Positions 40,513-50,559 are shown, numbered from the stretch's first letter. The stretch: 64,000 nucleotides of DNA from Acidobacteriota bacterium (GCA_040755995.1 JBFMAF010000010.1:353837-417836); one strand, 5' to 3'. The notes: generated by a model not told the origin, from the sequence alone. Numbers and translations: made by a program.

Positions 40513-41039
40513 GCGATGTCGGTGAGTTGACGGTGCTCGTCGTGGATGACGAGCCACAGGTGCAGATCTACTTGCAAACAGTGCTCGAGGACGCCGGCTT
40601 TCGCGTAGAGCTCGCGGCCAACGGCAAGCAGGCGCTGGACCGGATGCAGGAGAAGGAGCCGGACGTGATCTCGCTGGATCTGGTGATGCCCAAGATGTCG
40701 GGGCTGAAGTTCTACGAGTACATCCAGAAGAACCCGAAGCGCGCCGGAATTCCGGTGGTGGTCGTGACCGCTCACGGAAAGGACGAGATGGGTTCTGTCG
40801 AGCTGAAGAAGATGCTGGTGTACAAGGCGAAGGGGGCGCCGGTCCAGCTCCTCGAGAAACCGGTCAAGCCGGACGAATACGTCAATACGATAAGAAAAGC
40901 GCTGGGGCTCGAACCGCTGGACTTCGATCTCGATGAGAACTCGCAGGCGCTCAGGGTGCGCCTGTTCGAGAAGATCAAGAGCGCGGACAAGGAGACCTTG
41001 AAGGTGGCCTTGAGGGCTTTGGAAAAACGGGACTCGTAG
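40509..41039 (+). CDS. Response regulator receiver protein with C-terminal helical tail
   Basis: LVVDDE, ISLDLVMPK, LEKPVKP. Confidence 0.88.
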   Translation: MSDVGELTVLVVDDEPQVQIYLQTVLEDAGFRVELAANGKQALDRMQEKEPDVISLDLVMPKMSGLKFYEYIQKNPKRAGIPVVVVTAHGKDEMGSVELKKMLVYKAKGAPVQLLEKPVKPDEYVNTIRKALGLEPLDFDLDENSQALRVRLFEKIKSADKETLKVALRALEKRDS

Positions 41040-41082
41040 CCGTGCCGTCCGGCAGAACGACGTTTCACAGAGAGGGTTGAGA

Positions 41083-42339
41083 ATGGTTCAATTGGTCAAC
41101 AGGGACAGGCTGCACGAGTCAGAGGTCGACCTTCGCGCGGTCGACGAGGCTTACGAGGCGCGGCATGAGCCGCTGGTGAGCCCGGACGGCGAGAGAATCG
41201 CCTGGCCCGTCAAGAGCGGTGATGAGGGGTGGAGCCTGTGGGTGAACGGCCGGCGGTGGCCGGATGCCTTCGACGTGCTCTGGCACGCGATGTTCGGCCC
41301 GGACGGCAGACTCGCTGCGCTCGTGAAAAAGGATGAGCTCTGGACCGTCGCCGTGGAGGGTGTCCCGTGGGATGAGAAGTTCGATTTCGTATGGAACCCG
41401 GCGTTCAGCCCGGACGGATTGCACATCGCCGCCCAGGTGAAGAAGGACGGCAAGTACACCATGGCGGTGGATGGGAAGTCATGGGATGAAGGCTATGTCA
41501 GCACTCGGGAGTTCACCTTGGACAACGCCGGCAACGTTGCTGTCAGTGCCCAGGTCGAGCGGCTGAACGAGGGCGACGTCTTCAGATTCCTGGAGGGCAC
41601 CTGGGGACTGGCCGTCAATGCCGGTCTCTGGCCGGCGAAGTACCTGAACGTCTACGGCCCCGTGCTGAGCCCGGATGGCAAGCACGCAGCAGCACAGGTC
41701 CGGCTGGACATCTGCGACTATACGATCGCTGAGGACGGACAGCCATGGGACAGCCGGTTTGGCTGCATATGGGAGCCGGTCTACGATCCGAAAGAGGGTG
41801 CAATCGTTGCGCCGGTCAAAGTCCCCGGCGGGTGGACCTTGGTAAAGGGAGGCAATCCCTTCTGGAAAAGGAAATACGGGCAGATCTGGCGGCCGAAGTT
41901 CTCGCCCGACGGCAACCGAGTTGCGGCGGTCGCCTCGCCCGCCTTCGGCAAGTGGACCGTCGCGGTGGACGACACTCCGTGGACCTGCTTGTTCTCGGAT
42001 GCCGTCCTAGAGCCCCACTTCAGCGCTGACAGCAGGCGTATTGCCGCCATCGTGAAGGAAGAGAACCGGTGGACCATCGCAGTGGACGGGAAAGCCTGGC
42101 ACGAGACTTTCGACATGATCTGGGACCCGGTGTTCAACCCCGACGCGTCGCACGTGGCGGCGAAAGTCGAAAGGAATGGCTCCTATTCGATCGCAATCGA
42201 CGGCCAGATCTGGAAGGACAGCCTCGAACGTCTTTGGCCGCCTGTGTTCAGTCCCGACGGAGAGCAGATCTTGGTCAAGGGGATCGCGGGAGACAAATAC
42301 TTCCGCAAGGCTCTCCCTGTCAGCCAGATTCTCAGGTGA
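41083..42339 (+). CDS. tmcD: TmcD-like Trp-rich beta-propeller subunit of a transmembrane redox complex
   Basis: Repeats of W.P.FSPDG..AA.V....WT.AVDG..W; ~420 aa; adjacent to tmcC/tmcB homologs. Confidence 0.8.
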   Translation: MVQLVNRDRLHESEVDLRAVDEAYEARHEPLVSPDGERIAWPVKSGDEGWSLWVNGRRWPDAFDVLWHAMFGPDGRLAALVKKDELWTVAVEGVPWDEKFDFVWNPAFSPDGLHIAAQVKKDGKYTMAVDGKSWDEGYVSTREFTLDNAGNVAVSAQVERLNEGDVFRFLEGTWGLAVNAGLWPAKYLNVYGPVLSPDGKHAAAQVRLDICDYTIAEDGQPWDSRFGCIWEPVYDPKEGAIVAPVKVPGGWTLVKGGNPFWKRKYGQIWRPKFSPDGNRVAAVASPAFGKWTVAVDDTPWTCLFSDAVLEPHFSADSRRIAAIVKEENRWTIAVDGKAWHETFDMIWDPVFNPDASHVAAKVERNGSYSIAIDGQIWKDSLERLWPPVFSPDGEQILVKGIAGDKYFRKALPVSQILR

Positions 42340-42351
42340 GGTAGAAGGATT

Positions 42352-42996
42352 ATGTACGAGCTAGTCAAAGGCCCGCTGCTCTGGTTCGCCTTCGCGGTGT
42401 TCATCGGCGGGAGCATCTTCCGGCTTGTGCGAATGTTCACGCTGGCGAAGAGGGATCGCGTCATCTATCCGTATCTCAGCCCCAAGGCGGCGCTGCGTTC
42501 ACTGATCCACTGGGTCGTCCCCTTCGGCGGGCGCAACATGAGGCTGCGGACGGCCGTTACCGTAGTGGCCTTTCTATTCCACGTCTGCCTGGTCGTCCTG
42601 CCGATATTCCTTCTCGCTCACGTGCTGCTCTGGCACGATGCCTGGGGCATCCGTTGGTGGACACTCTCGGAGACGCTAGCCGACGTGATGACGGTCATCG
42701 TGATCTCGGGGGGCATCTTCTTTTTCATGCGCCGATTGGTTGCGCCCGAGGTGCGCAACGTCTCCTCTGCAGGCGACTTCGCCATCCTTGCGATCATCCT
42801 AGCACCGTATCTGACGGGCTTCCTGGCGCACCACCAGCTCCTCGCCTACAAGCCGATGCTGACGATCCACATTCTCTCCGGAGAGATCATGCTCATCGCA
42901 ATCCCGCTCACACGCTTGAACCACATGCTCTACTTCTTCTTCACACGCTCGTACATGGCCGGCGAGTTCGCTTTCCGCAGCGCGAGAGATTGGTAA
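42352..42996 (+). CDS. tmcC: TmcC/HmcE-like NarI-family membrane cytochrome b
   Basis: V.GPLLW, RSLIHWVVPF, FHVCL..LLAH, HILSGE, IPLTRLNHM. Confidence 0.82.
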   Translation: MYELVKGPLLWFAFAVFIGGSIFRLVRMFTLAKRDRVIYPYLSPKAALRSLIHWVVPFGGRNMRLRTAVTVVAFLFHVCLVVLPIFLLAHVLLWHDAWGIRWWTLSETLADVMTVIVISGGIFFFMRRLVAPEVRNVSSAGDFAILAIILAPYLTGFLAHHQLLAYKPMLTIHILSGEIMLIAIPLTRLNHMLYFFFTRSYMAGEFAFRSARDW

Positions 42997-43005
42997 GGGG
43001 GCGAG

Positions 43006-44313
43006 ATGTATCAGGAAAGGGCTGAGGTAGTAGATCCGGGCATCGACGAGCCGGTCAAGAAGCTCAGCACGGACCGGATCGAGAAGACGATACGGCGGGT
43101 GCTGGATAAGGAGTGCTCCGCACGCCTTCAGGTCTACTTGGAGACCTGCATGCACTGCGGCCTGTGCGCCAACGCATGCCACTACTACAACTCCCACGAC
43201 AGGGATCCCAAGTACTCCCCCGTGGGCAAGGTCAAGGACACGGTCTGGGAGATCGTGAAGCGAAAGGGCAAGGTCGATCCGGCCTTCATTCGCAAGATGG
43301 CCCGAATCGCCTTCACCGAATGCAACGTCTGCCGGCGCTGCAGCATGTACTGCCCGTTCGGCATCGATATGGCCTACCTGCTGCTCACCGTTCGGCGCAT
43401 CTGCCATCTGCTCGGAGTCGTCCCGCAGTTTCTGCAGGACACCGTCAACAGCCACGCGGTCACGATGAACCAGATGTGGGTGCAGCAGGACGAGTGGATC
43501 GACACGCTCCAGTGGCAGGAGGAGGACGCGTCGATGGAGGTCGAGGGGGCCAGGATACCGCTCGATGCCGAGGGCGCCGACATCATGTACTCCGTCATCG
43601 CCCCTGAACCGAAGATCCTCGCTCAGCTCCTCGCCAACATCGCGATGATCATGAAGGTCGCCGGCCTCAGTTGGACCATGCCCACAACAGACGGATGGGA
43701 CAACAGCAACATGGCCATGTACTCGGGCGACTTCGAGACGATGGCCCGAGTGGAACGGCTGCACTGGGAGACCGCGTTCCGGCTGAAGGTCAAGAAGGTC
43801 GTGATGGGTGAATGCGGGCACGCCTTCCGGGGCGCCGTCTACGACGGGCCGCGCTGGCTCTCGTGGAGACAGACGCCGATTCCGATGGTGCACGCGGTCG
43901 AGTTCTACTACGACCTGATCTCCAGCGGGCGGATCAGGATCAAGAAGAAGTACGAGAAGCCTGTCACCATTCAGGATCCGTGCAACATCGTTCGCGGTCG
44001 CGGGCTGGGAGACAAGCTTCGCTACATCATGAAGGCCACATGCTCCGACTTCCGCGACATTTTCCCCAACCACGAGCACAACTTCTGCTGCGCCGCCGGT
44101 GGCGGCGTCATCAACTGCGGACCTCCGTGGAAAGGGGTGCGAGTGCGCGGCAACCGCGTCAAGGCCGACCAGATCCGCGAGACCGGCGCCAAGTACATTG
44201 TCACGCCGTGCCACAACTGCCACAGTGGCATCGAAGACATCATCGGCTACTACAAGCTCGGGGTTCACACCAAGTTCTTCAGCGAGATCCTGGTGGAAGT
44301 GATGGAGAAATGA
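43006..44313 (+). CDS. tmcB: TmcB-like Fe-S/CCG-domain protein (HdrD/DsrK family)
   Basis: CMHCGLCANAC, CNVCRRCSMYCPFGID, ECGH, DPCN, CCAAGGG, PCHNC. Confidence 0.87.
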   Translation: MYQERAEVVDPGIDEPVKKLSTDRIEKTIRRVLDKECSARLQVYLETCMHCGLCANACHYYNSHDRDPKYSPVGKVKDTVWEIVKRKGKVDPAFIRKMARIAFTECNVCRRCSMYCPFGIDMAYLLLTVRRICHLLGVVPQFLQDTVNSHAVTMNQMWVQQDEWIDTLQWQEEDASMEVEGARIPLDAEGADIMYSVIAPEPKILAQLLANIAMIMKVAGLSWTMPTTDGWDNSNMAMYSGDFETMARVERLHWETAFRLKVKKVVMGECGHAFRGAVYDGPRWLSWRQTPIPMVHAVEFYYDLISSGRIRIKKKYEKPVTIQDPCNIVRGRGLGDKLRYIMKATCSDFRDIFPNHEHNFCCAAGGGVINCGPPWKGVRVRGNRVKADQIRETGAKYIVTPCHNCHSGIEDIIGYYKLGVHTKFFSEILVEVMEK

Positions 44314-44342
44314 CGGCATGCGAGCGGAAGGAGAAAGCTGAA

Positions 44343-45224
44343 ATGGACAGAAGGCGATTCATCCGGGCGGGGCTGTCGATTGGCGGAGCGGTTCTTGCTC
44401 AAGGCGGCATTGCCGAAGCCCGCGGGCCTGCCTCCGGCAAGGAATTCGCCGGGGTCCTCGTCGACACGACGCGATGCATCGGCTGCCGGAGATGCGAGGA
44501 GGCGTGTGCGAAGGCCAACGGTTTACCACCCCCGAACCTGGACGACACATCAGTGTTTCAGGGGACACGCACCATGGGCACCACGGCCTGGACGGTGGTC
44601 AACCGGTACGAAACATCCCGCGGCCCCGTGTATGTCAAGAGACAGTGCATGCACTGCAACCAGCCGTCATGCACGTCTGCATGCCTCGTGCGCGCAATGC
44701 TCAAGACGGAAGAGGGACCGGTCATCTGGCGCGAGAGCAAGTGCATGGGGTGCCGGTATTGCATGGTCTCATGCCCGTTCGACGTGCCGAAGTTCGAGTA
44801 CGACCGTGTCGTGCCGAAGATTCAGAAGTGCAACATGTGCTTCTCGCGTTTGAAGCAGGGCCTACGGCCTGCCTGTGTCGAGGCCTGCCCGATGGATGCG
44901 CTGATGTTCGGCACCAGGAAAGCGGCGCTCGAGAACGCTTACGCGAGGATTGTCTCGAAACCGGACCGCTATCACGAGGCGGTCTATGGTGAGAGCGAGG
45001 TGGGTGGGACGGCGTGGCTGTACCTGGCCGGCGTGCCGTTCGATGAGATCGGATTTCGCACCGACCTCGGGACGACTGCTTATCCGGAGTACACCAAGGG
45101 GTTCCAGTACCTGGTTCCCATGATCTATGTGCTCTGGCCCACCTTTCTGATGGGCATCTGCAGCATGACGCGGGGTGGGCAGAAGGAAGAGAGAGGCGTT
45201 GGGCAGGAGGCGAAGAAGCAATGA
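44343..45224 (+). CDS. hmcB: HmcB/HybA-like Tat-exported multi-[4Fe-4S] protein
   Basis: Tat motif DRRRFI; CIGCRRCEEAC, CMHCNQPSC, CMGCRYCMVSCP, CNMC..PACVEACP; C-terminal TM; alternative start 44310. Confidence 0.85.
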   Translation: MDRRRFIRAGLSIGGAVLAQGGIAEARGPASGKEFAGVLVDTTRCIGCRRCEEACAKANGLPPPNLDDTSVFQGTRTMGTTAWTVVNRYETSRGPVYVKRQCMHCNQPSCTSACLVRAMLKTEEGPVIWRESKCMGCRYCMVSCPFDVPKFEYDRVVPKIQKCNMCFSRLKQGLRPACVEACPMDALMFGTRKAALENAYARIVSKPDRYHEAVYGESEVGGTAWLYLAGVPFDEIGFRTDLGTTAYPEYTKGFQYLVPMIYVLWPTFLMGICSMTRGGQKEERGVGQEAKKQ

Positions 45225-46465
45225 GTGATGCCAGGGCCAACGGCGCGACGGCGGTTCCCTACGGCCCGGAGGGGAGGCGGTTCGCCTCGTTTTTCCTCTC
45301 GGAGCTGAAACCCAAGGGCAAGATACTGACGCCTTTCAACGTCATCAGCGCTCCGATCATCCTGCTCGGGTTGGTTCTCATTGTCATCCGGTTCGCCAAG
45401 GGACTTGCGACCGTGACGAACCTCTCGCAGGAATTCCCGTGGGGGCTCTGGATCGGTTTCGACGTGGTCACGGGCGTGGCGTTTGCAGGCGGAGCTTACG
45501 TGCTTTGCTTCGCCGTCTACATCGCGGGGGTGAAAATATATCACCCGATCATCCGAGCCACGGTCCTGAACGGCTTCCTGGCCTACGTCTTCTACTCCGG
45601 CGCTCTGCTTCTCGATCTCGGGCGCCCGTGGAACATCATCAACCCCGTGATCGGGAACGACTTCGGGGTCTCCTCGGTGCTCTTCCTCGTCGCATGGTCG
45701 TTCTTGCTGTACACCATCGCGGCATTCATCGAGTTCTCGCCTGCGGTGGCCGAGTGGCTGGGGTGGCGGCGGGTGCGACACCTGCTCACATCCATGACCG
45801 TGGCCACGGTGATCTGTGGGATCACCCTCTCCACACTCCACCAGGCCGGGCTTGGTGCGCTGTTCTTGACAGCCAAGGGGAAGATCCACCCGTTGTGGTA
45901 CACGGAGTTCATCCCCATCCTGTTCTTCGTTTCGAGCATACTGGCGGGTCTCAGCCTCGTGATCATTGAAGGCAGCATCAGCCACAGGGTCCTCCACAAC
46001 CGGATCACTCCGGAGCACAGCGCATCGCACGACGAGATCGTGATCGGATTGGGGAAGGGCGCTGCCATATCCATGTTCGTTTATCTTGCACTCCAGGGGC
46101 TCGTCCTCGTCCACGGAAGGCACTGGAACTTCATAGCTACTCCGATGGGGTACTGGTACCTCCTGGAGATGGTGGGGTTCGTCGCGATTCCAATGGCGCT
46201 TTACATAGAGGGGGTCAGGGGACGGCGGATGCGTCTGATCATGGTAGCCGCAGTGCTGACCTCAGTGGGTGTGATCCTGAATCGGATGAACATCTCAATC
46301 ATCGCATATCGTTGGGATGCCCCGAACCACTACTACCCATCATGGATGGAGGTGGCGATCACATTGGCCGTCATCCTCGGCGAGATCTGGGTTTTCAGGT
46401 GGGTGGTCAACCGCATGCCGGTACTGAGCGAGCCGCCGGAGTGGGCAAGAGCTGAGGCACATTGA
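45221..46465 (+). CDS. hmcC: HmcC/HybB-like NrfD/PsrC-family membrane protein
   Basis: TNLSQEFPWGLWIGFDV, LDLGRPW, LSTLHQ..LG.LFL, YYPSWME. Confidence 0.87.
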   Translation: MSDARANGATAVPYGPEGRRFASFFLSELKPKGKILTPFNVISAPIILLGLVLIVIRFAKGLATVTNLSQEFPWGLWIGFDVVTGVAFAGGAYVLCFAVYIAGVKIYHPIIRATVLNGFLAYVFYSGALLLDLGRPWNIINPVIGNDFGVSSVLFLVAWSFLLYTIAAFIEFSPAVAEWLGWRRVRHLLTSMTVATVICGITLSTLHQAGLGALFLTAKGKIHPLWYTEFIPILFFVSSILAGLSLVIIEGSISHRVLHNRITPEHSASHDEIVIGLGKGAAISMFVYLALQGLVLVHGRHWNFIATPMGYWYLLEMVGFVAIPMALYIEGVRGRRMRLIMVAAVLTSVGVILNRMNISIIAYRWDAPNHYYPSWMEVAITLAVILGEIWVFRWVVNRMPVLSEPPEWARAEAH

Positions 46466-46488
46466 TCAGAGAATCATGGGGGTATGCC

Positions 46489-46614
46489 GTGGAACAGTTT
46501 TCGTACATCGACATCTTCGCAACCAAGGGCATCGAGTACGTTGTCGTTATTGTGGTCCTGCTGGCATTCGCCGGGGTTTGGATCTATCTCAGCGGGAAGC
46601 GGAGGCAGTACTAA
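46489..46614 (+). CDS. hmcD: HmcD-like 41-aa single-TM peptide (not in ORF track)
   Basis: GTG start; MEQFSYIDIFATKGIEYVVVIVVLLAFAGVWIYLSGKRRQY; lies between hmcC and hmcA homologs. Confidence 0.75.
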   Translation: MEQFSYIDIFATKGIEYVVVIVVLLAFAGVWIYLSGKRRQY

Positions 46615-46707
46615 CGCCATGTGGGCTGAGGAGCGTTCTGAGTCCGCCTCAAGCAGACTGGCCCTGCGACAATCGCTGCCAACCTTTCGTCAGGGGTGTG
46701 AACCATC

Positions 46708-48294
46708 ATGATACAACTCGTCGCGCGACGTCAGAAGATCTGCTGCAGTCTCCTCACGTTTTTCGGGTTCATCGGTTGGCATCCCGTTGGACACGCAGCG
46801 CAGGAGGGGCAACCGTCACCGCGCGCCGACCTTGCTGTGATCGACGGCATGTCACGATTCGGGGATCTCGAGCGACCCGCCGTGACGTTCCCCCACGACC
46901 AGCACACCCGGGCGCTGGCGAAGGAGAAGACCGGCTGCGCTGCCTGTCATCTCACCAACGCCAAGGGGTATTTCACGCCCAGTTTCGATCATACCAGCGA
47001 GGGAGACCGGCAGGCCGTGATGGACCTGTACCACGACAGGTGCAACGGTTGCCACAACCAGCGCAGGAGCGCCGGGCTCTCCTGCGGGCCGGTGACCTGC
47101 GGGGAGTGCCATTTACGCGAGCCGAGGTGGACGTCGAGCCGCCGGCCGATGGCGCTCGATTACTCACTTCACTATCGCCACATCATGGCACAGGCGGAGA
47201 AGTGCGATAGGTGCCATCACGAGTACGACGAGACGAGTCGCAAGCTAATCTACGTGAAGGAGCAAGAGACGCCTTGCCGCGACTGCCATCGGGCCAAGGC
47301 CGAGGCGAACCGGCAGCCGATGGAGGTCGTCTCGCACTGGGACTGCATCGGATGTCATCAGAAGACTGTAGCTCAGGGCAAGGCGGCCGGGCCGGTAATG
47401 TGCGAAGGCTGCCACGATCCCGTCAAACAGGCCGCAATCAAGAAGGTGGACTACACGGCCTACGTGCTTCCCCGAAAACGCCCGGCAGCGGTCCTCGTGC
47501 GCGTTGCCGCAGGCGACACGGCCCGTGCCGAGCTGAACACGGTCCCCTTCGACCATCGGATTCACGAAGGGGTCACGACTACGTGCCGCACGTGCCACCA
47601 TGACCGCATGCAGGCGTGCAGCCAGTGCCACACACTCTGGGGCGATCCGAAAGCGGAAGGCGTGACTCTCGAGAAGGCGATGCACGACAAGAGGTCACCG
47701 CGAAGTTGCGTCGGCTGCCACGAACAGGAGGAATCGAAGTCGGCATGTGCAGGCTGCCATGCATTGACAGTCCCCAAGCGAATCCCCGTGGCAGGATGCC
47801 AGAGCTGCCACCGTGGACCGAGGCCGGATGAGCCTGGAATCTGGGAGCTGCCGGAGGCGTCAGTCAAGGCTCTGATGCCGCAGCCCGCCCTTGGCGAAGT
47901 GCCGTTCGACCAGGACATCCGAGACATGAAGATCGATGGCCTCGCGCACGACTACGATCCGGCCAAGTTCCCTCACCGCAAGATCGTAGAGAAACTCAGG
48001 AGCACGATCGAGGGGAGCAGGCTCGCCACCTTCTTCCACGCGCGTCACGAGGTGATGTGCCAGGGATGTCACCACAGCAGCCCCGCCGGCGTCAAGCCGC
48101 CTCTTTGCGGCAACTGCCACACGCACCCCTCAGACGAGAAGAACCTGGTGGTGCCCAAGTTGGAAGCCGCTTACCATCTCCAGTGTATCGGCTGCCACAA
48201 CAGAATGGGCATAGAACCCAACACAACTAAGTCCGCATCGAGATCCTGCGAGGGGTGCCACCCACGCAAGGGCGGCGTGCAGGGCCTGCGCTGA
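46708..48294 (+). CDS. hmcA: 16-heme high-molecular-weight cytochrome c (HmcA-like)
   Basis: 16 CxxCH motifs counted; c3-type F.H..H motifs; signal peptide. Confidence 0.9.
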   Translation: MIQLVARRQKICCSLLTFFGFIGWHPVGHAAQEGQPSPRADLAVIDGMSRFGDLERPAVTFPHDQHTRALAKEKTGCAACHLTNAKGYFTPSFDHTSEGDRQAVMDLYHDRCNGCHNQRRSAGLSCGPVTCGECHLREPRWTSSRRPMALDYSLHYRHIMAQAEKCDRCHHEYDETSRKLIYVKEQETPCRDCHRAKAEANRQPMEVVSHWDCIGCHQKTVAQGKAAGPVMCEGCHDPVKQAAIKKVDYTAYVLPRKRPAAVLVRVAAGDTARAELNTVPFDHRIHEGVTTTCRTCHHDRMQACSQCHTLWGDPKAEGVTLEKAMHDKRSPRSCVGCHEQEESKSACAGCHALTVPKRIPVAGCQSCHRGPRPDEPGIWELPEASVKALMPQPALGEVPFDQDIRDMKIDGLAHDYDPAKFPHRKIVEKLRSTIEGSRLATFFHARHEVMCQGCHHSSPAGVKPPLCGNCHTHPSDEKNLVVPKLEAAYHLQCIGCHNRMGIEPNTTKSASRSCEGCHPRKGGVQGLR

Positions 48295-48463
48295 TCGCGT
48301 TGGCTCGGCACCGAATGCGCAGCGACTCAGCCGCCACCTTGAACCTGGCCGGCAGCTGGGGGAGGATAGGCCGGTCGTTCAGAACCATGAGAAGGAGCGT
48401 ACAGTGAAGGAGAAAAGGACGCAGCCGCCGTCATCGGTCTCGGCGTGGTCACACAATCGAGAT

Positions 48464-48937
48464 ATGAGAATCGCGATCGGAGGAACGAGCTCGGCGCCGT
48501 CTTTTCCGTCGGTCATCCTCTGGCTGGTACTCCTCGCCACCCCGTGCGCGATCCTCGCAGACGACGCCCAGGTTGAGAGCCCGAGTGAGGAAGTGGAGAA
48601 GATCGACAGCACTGCGTGCGCGACGTGCCACGAGCCGGAGAAGGGGCAGACCGCGATCGATCAGCACCTCTCCCAATCCGTTCACGCAGGCCTGGTCAGT
48701 CTCGACTGCCATGCCGACAAGGACAGCGTTCCCCATGTGAAGGGTGCGGTCCCTTTCTTCGCGGGCTGCGAAGGCTGCCGGACGTGCCACGAGGAGGAGT
48801 CACGCCAGTACCAGAAGCACGGACGAGCCGCGATCGGGACGTGCGTGGACATGCCGCACTGCAGCAGCTGCCATGGAGCGCATGACATTCTGCCCTCGAC
48901 TTCCAGGGCCTCCAGAACTTACCCCGCAAACCTCCCG
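48464..48937 (+). pseudogene. N-terminal fragment of a multiheme cytochrome c
   Basis: Signal peptide, CATCH, degenerate [22 protein letters not shown]; homology breaks off after ANLP. Confidence 0.72.
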
Positions 48938-49300
48938 CTCATCGCCGGTGGTCACACCTTCGGCAAAGCCCACGGCGCCGGCCCGGCGACCCATGTGGGG
49001 CCTGAGCCCGAAGCGGCAAGCATCGAGGAGCAAGGCCTCGGTTGGAAGAGCAGCTTCGGCACCGGCAAAAGCGCTGGCACGATCACCAGCGGCCTGGAGG
49101 TCACCTGGACCACCACGCCGACGAAGTGGAGCGGCAACTTCTTCTGGAACCTGTTAGGCTACGAATGGGAACTGACGAAGAGCCCGGCCGGTGCGCACCA
49201 GTGGGTACCGAAGGGTGGCGCAGGCGCCGGCACGGTGCCGGATGCGCACGACCCGTCGAAGCGTCACGCGCCAGCCATGCTGACCACCGACCTCTCCCTG
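48938..49300 (+). pseudogene. katG: Internal fragment of catalase-peroxidase, fused in frame to the cytochrome fragment
   Basis: [52 protein letters not shown]. Confidence 0.88.
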
Positions 49301-49377
49301 GCGCATTTCGGATCAGCGCGGCTGCCGGCCTTAACCTCGCCTCGGTCGTGGTCATAAGGACTCTACGACCAACCACT

Positions 49378-49626
49378 TCAACATCCCGGACAGATACGCT
49401 GCCCTGATCGGAGACCGGGTACCGGAGATCGGGTGTCATTGCCCCAACCCGAGCACCCCTCGCCGATCTCGGTGCTGATGACGCCCGGTGCAAACAGCTC
49501 TGATCTTAGTCCCCGCGGTTTCTGGCCCAAGTAGGGGCCCGAGAGATTCGAGCTTGGTGGCGTTGCGGAATGGAGGCCCAGGAGGAAAGAAAGAACGAAT
49601 GCCGAAGACAACGCTCTTTTCATCAT
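49378..49626 (-). pseudogene. N-terminal stub of a secreted PD40/WD40-like beta-propeller protein
   Basis: Signal peptide then GPYLGQKP..ELFAPGVIST; truncated after ~65 aa; ATGA overlap with upstream gene. Confidence 0.65.
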
Positions 49627-50537
49627 GGATTCTTCGTTTCCGGGGAGAATTCGCCAACGAAGCTGGCCCAGCCGTCCCAGGCCGGATCATCGGTGAGACG
49701 CCGCTGGTCGGAGCCGTCGCTCTTCATCAGGTACAGCTCGAAATTGCCGTCGCGATCGCTCTGGAAGATGATGAAGCGGCCGTCCGGCGACCAGGCCGGG
49801 TGTGTGTCGCGGCAGGGCCCGGTCGTCAGCACGGCGTCGCCCGTTCCGTCGGCGAGAACGATGTGGATTCCCGCCTCCGGGCGGCCGTTGACGGGCCGGC
49901 TGAGGGAGTAGGCGATCTTATGGCCGCAATGAGACCAGACCGGAAAGGCTTCGTGCCAGGGAGTCCGGGTGATTCGGCCCTGGCCGGAGCCATCGGCGCC
50001 CATCGTGTAGATCTCGTAATTGCCGTCGCGGTTTGACATGAAGACCAGTTTCCGACCGTCAGGCGAGAAGACGGGGCGCTCGTCGCGCCAGTCGCCGGAA
50101 GTCAGCCGCTCTTGATCCGCACCGTCGGTCCGCATCGTCCAGATCTCGGTCTTTTCTCCGATGTCCCTGACGAAGATGACCTTCTTCCCGTCGGGGCTGA
50201 ACTCCGGGTGCCCCTCGCGTTCGCGCGAAGTCGTGAGCTGCGTGAGGCCGCTGCCGTCGACGTTCATCAGGAAGAGATCGGAACTTCCGTTCCGGTCGCT
50301 GAGGAAGACGATCTGCTTTCCATCCGGCGAAGAAGCCGGGCAGTTGTCTTTGGCGGGATGGTCGGTCAATCTGACGGGATTCGTTTCTCCGCACCTGAGG
50401 AGGTAGATGTCCTGGTTGTTGTTCCGGCCGGAGCAGAAGAGCACGGCACCGTCCGCTTTCGCCCACGCCTCCACCCTGATGAAGGGGATCAGGAACAGCA
50501 CGACAAGGTCGATTCCGATGCTCGCTCTGATTCTCAT
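49623..50537 (-). CDS. TolB-like (PD40) beta-propeller protein
   Basis: Repeated P..SPDG..I.F.S.R.G...IY.M..DG motifs; signal peptide. Confidence 0.9.
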   Translation of the reverse strand: MRIRASIGIDLVVLFLIPFIRVEAWAKADGAVLFCSGRNNNQDIYLLRCGETNPVRLTDHPAKDNCPASSPDGKQIVFLSDRNGSSDLFLMNVDGSGLTQLTTSREREGHPEFSPDGKKVIFVRDIGEKTEIWTMRTDGADQERLTSGDWRDERPVFSPDGRKLVFMSNRDGNYEIYTMGADGSGQGRITRTPWHEAFPVWSHCGHKIAYSLSRPVNGRPEAGIHIVLADGTGDAVLTTGPCRDTHPAWSPDGRFIIFQSDRDGNFELYLMKSDGSDQRRLTDDPAWDGWASFVGEFSPETKNP

Positions 50538-50559
50538 CCTTTCACCTCTTTGTCGATTT

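Noticed and set aside
42352..44313. Calling these genes dsrM/dsrK and inferring sulfate reduction
   Set aside because: Sizes and the tmcD neighbour fit TmcC/TmcB better; dsrJOP, dsrAB and dsrC are not in the window.
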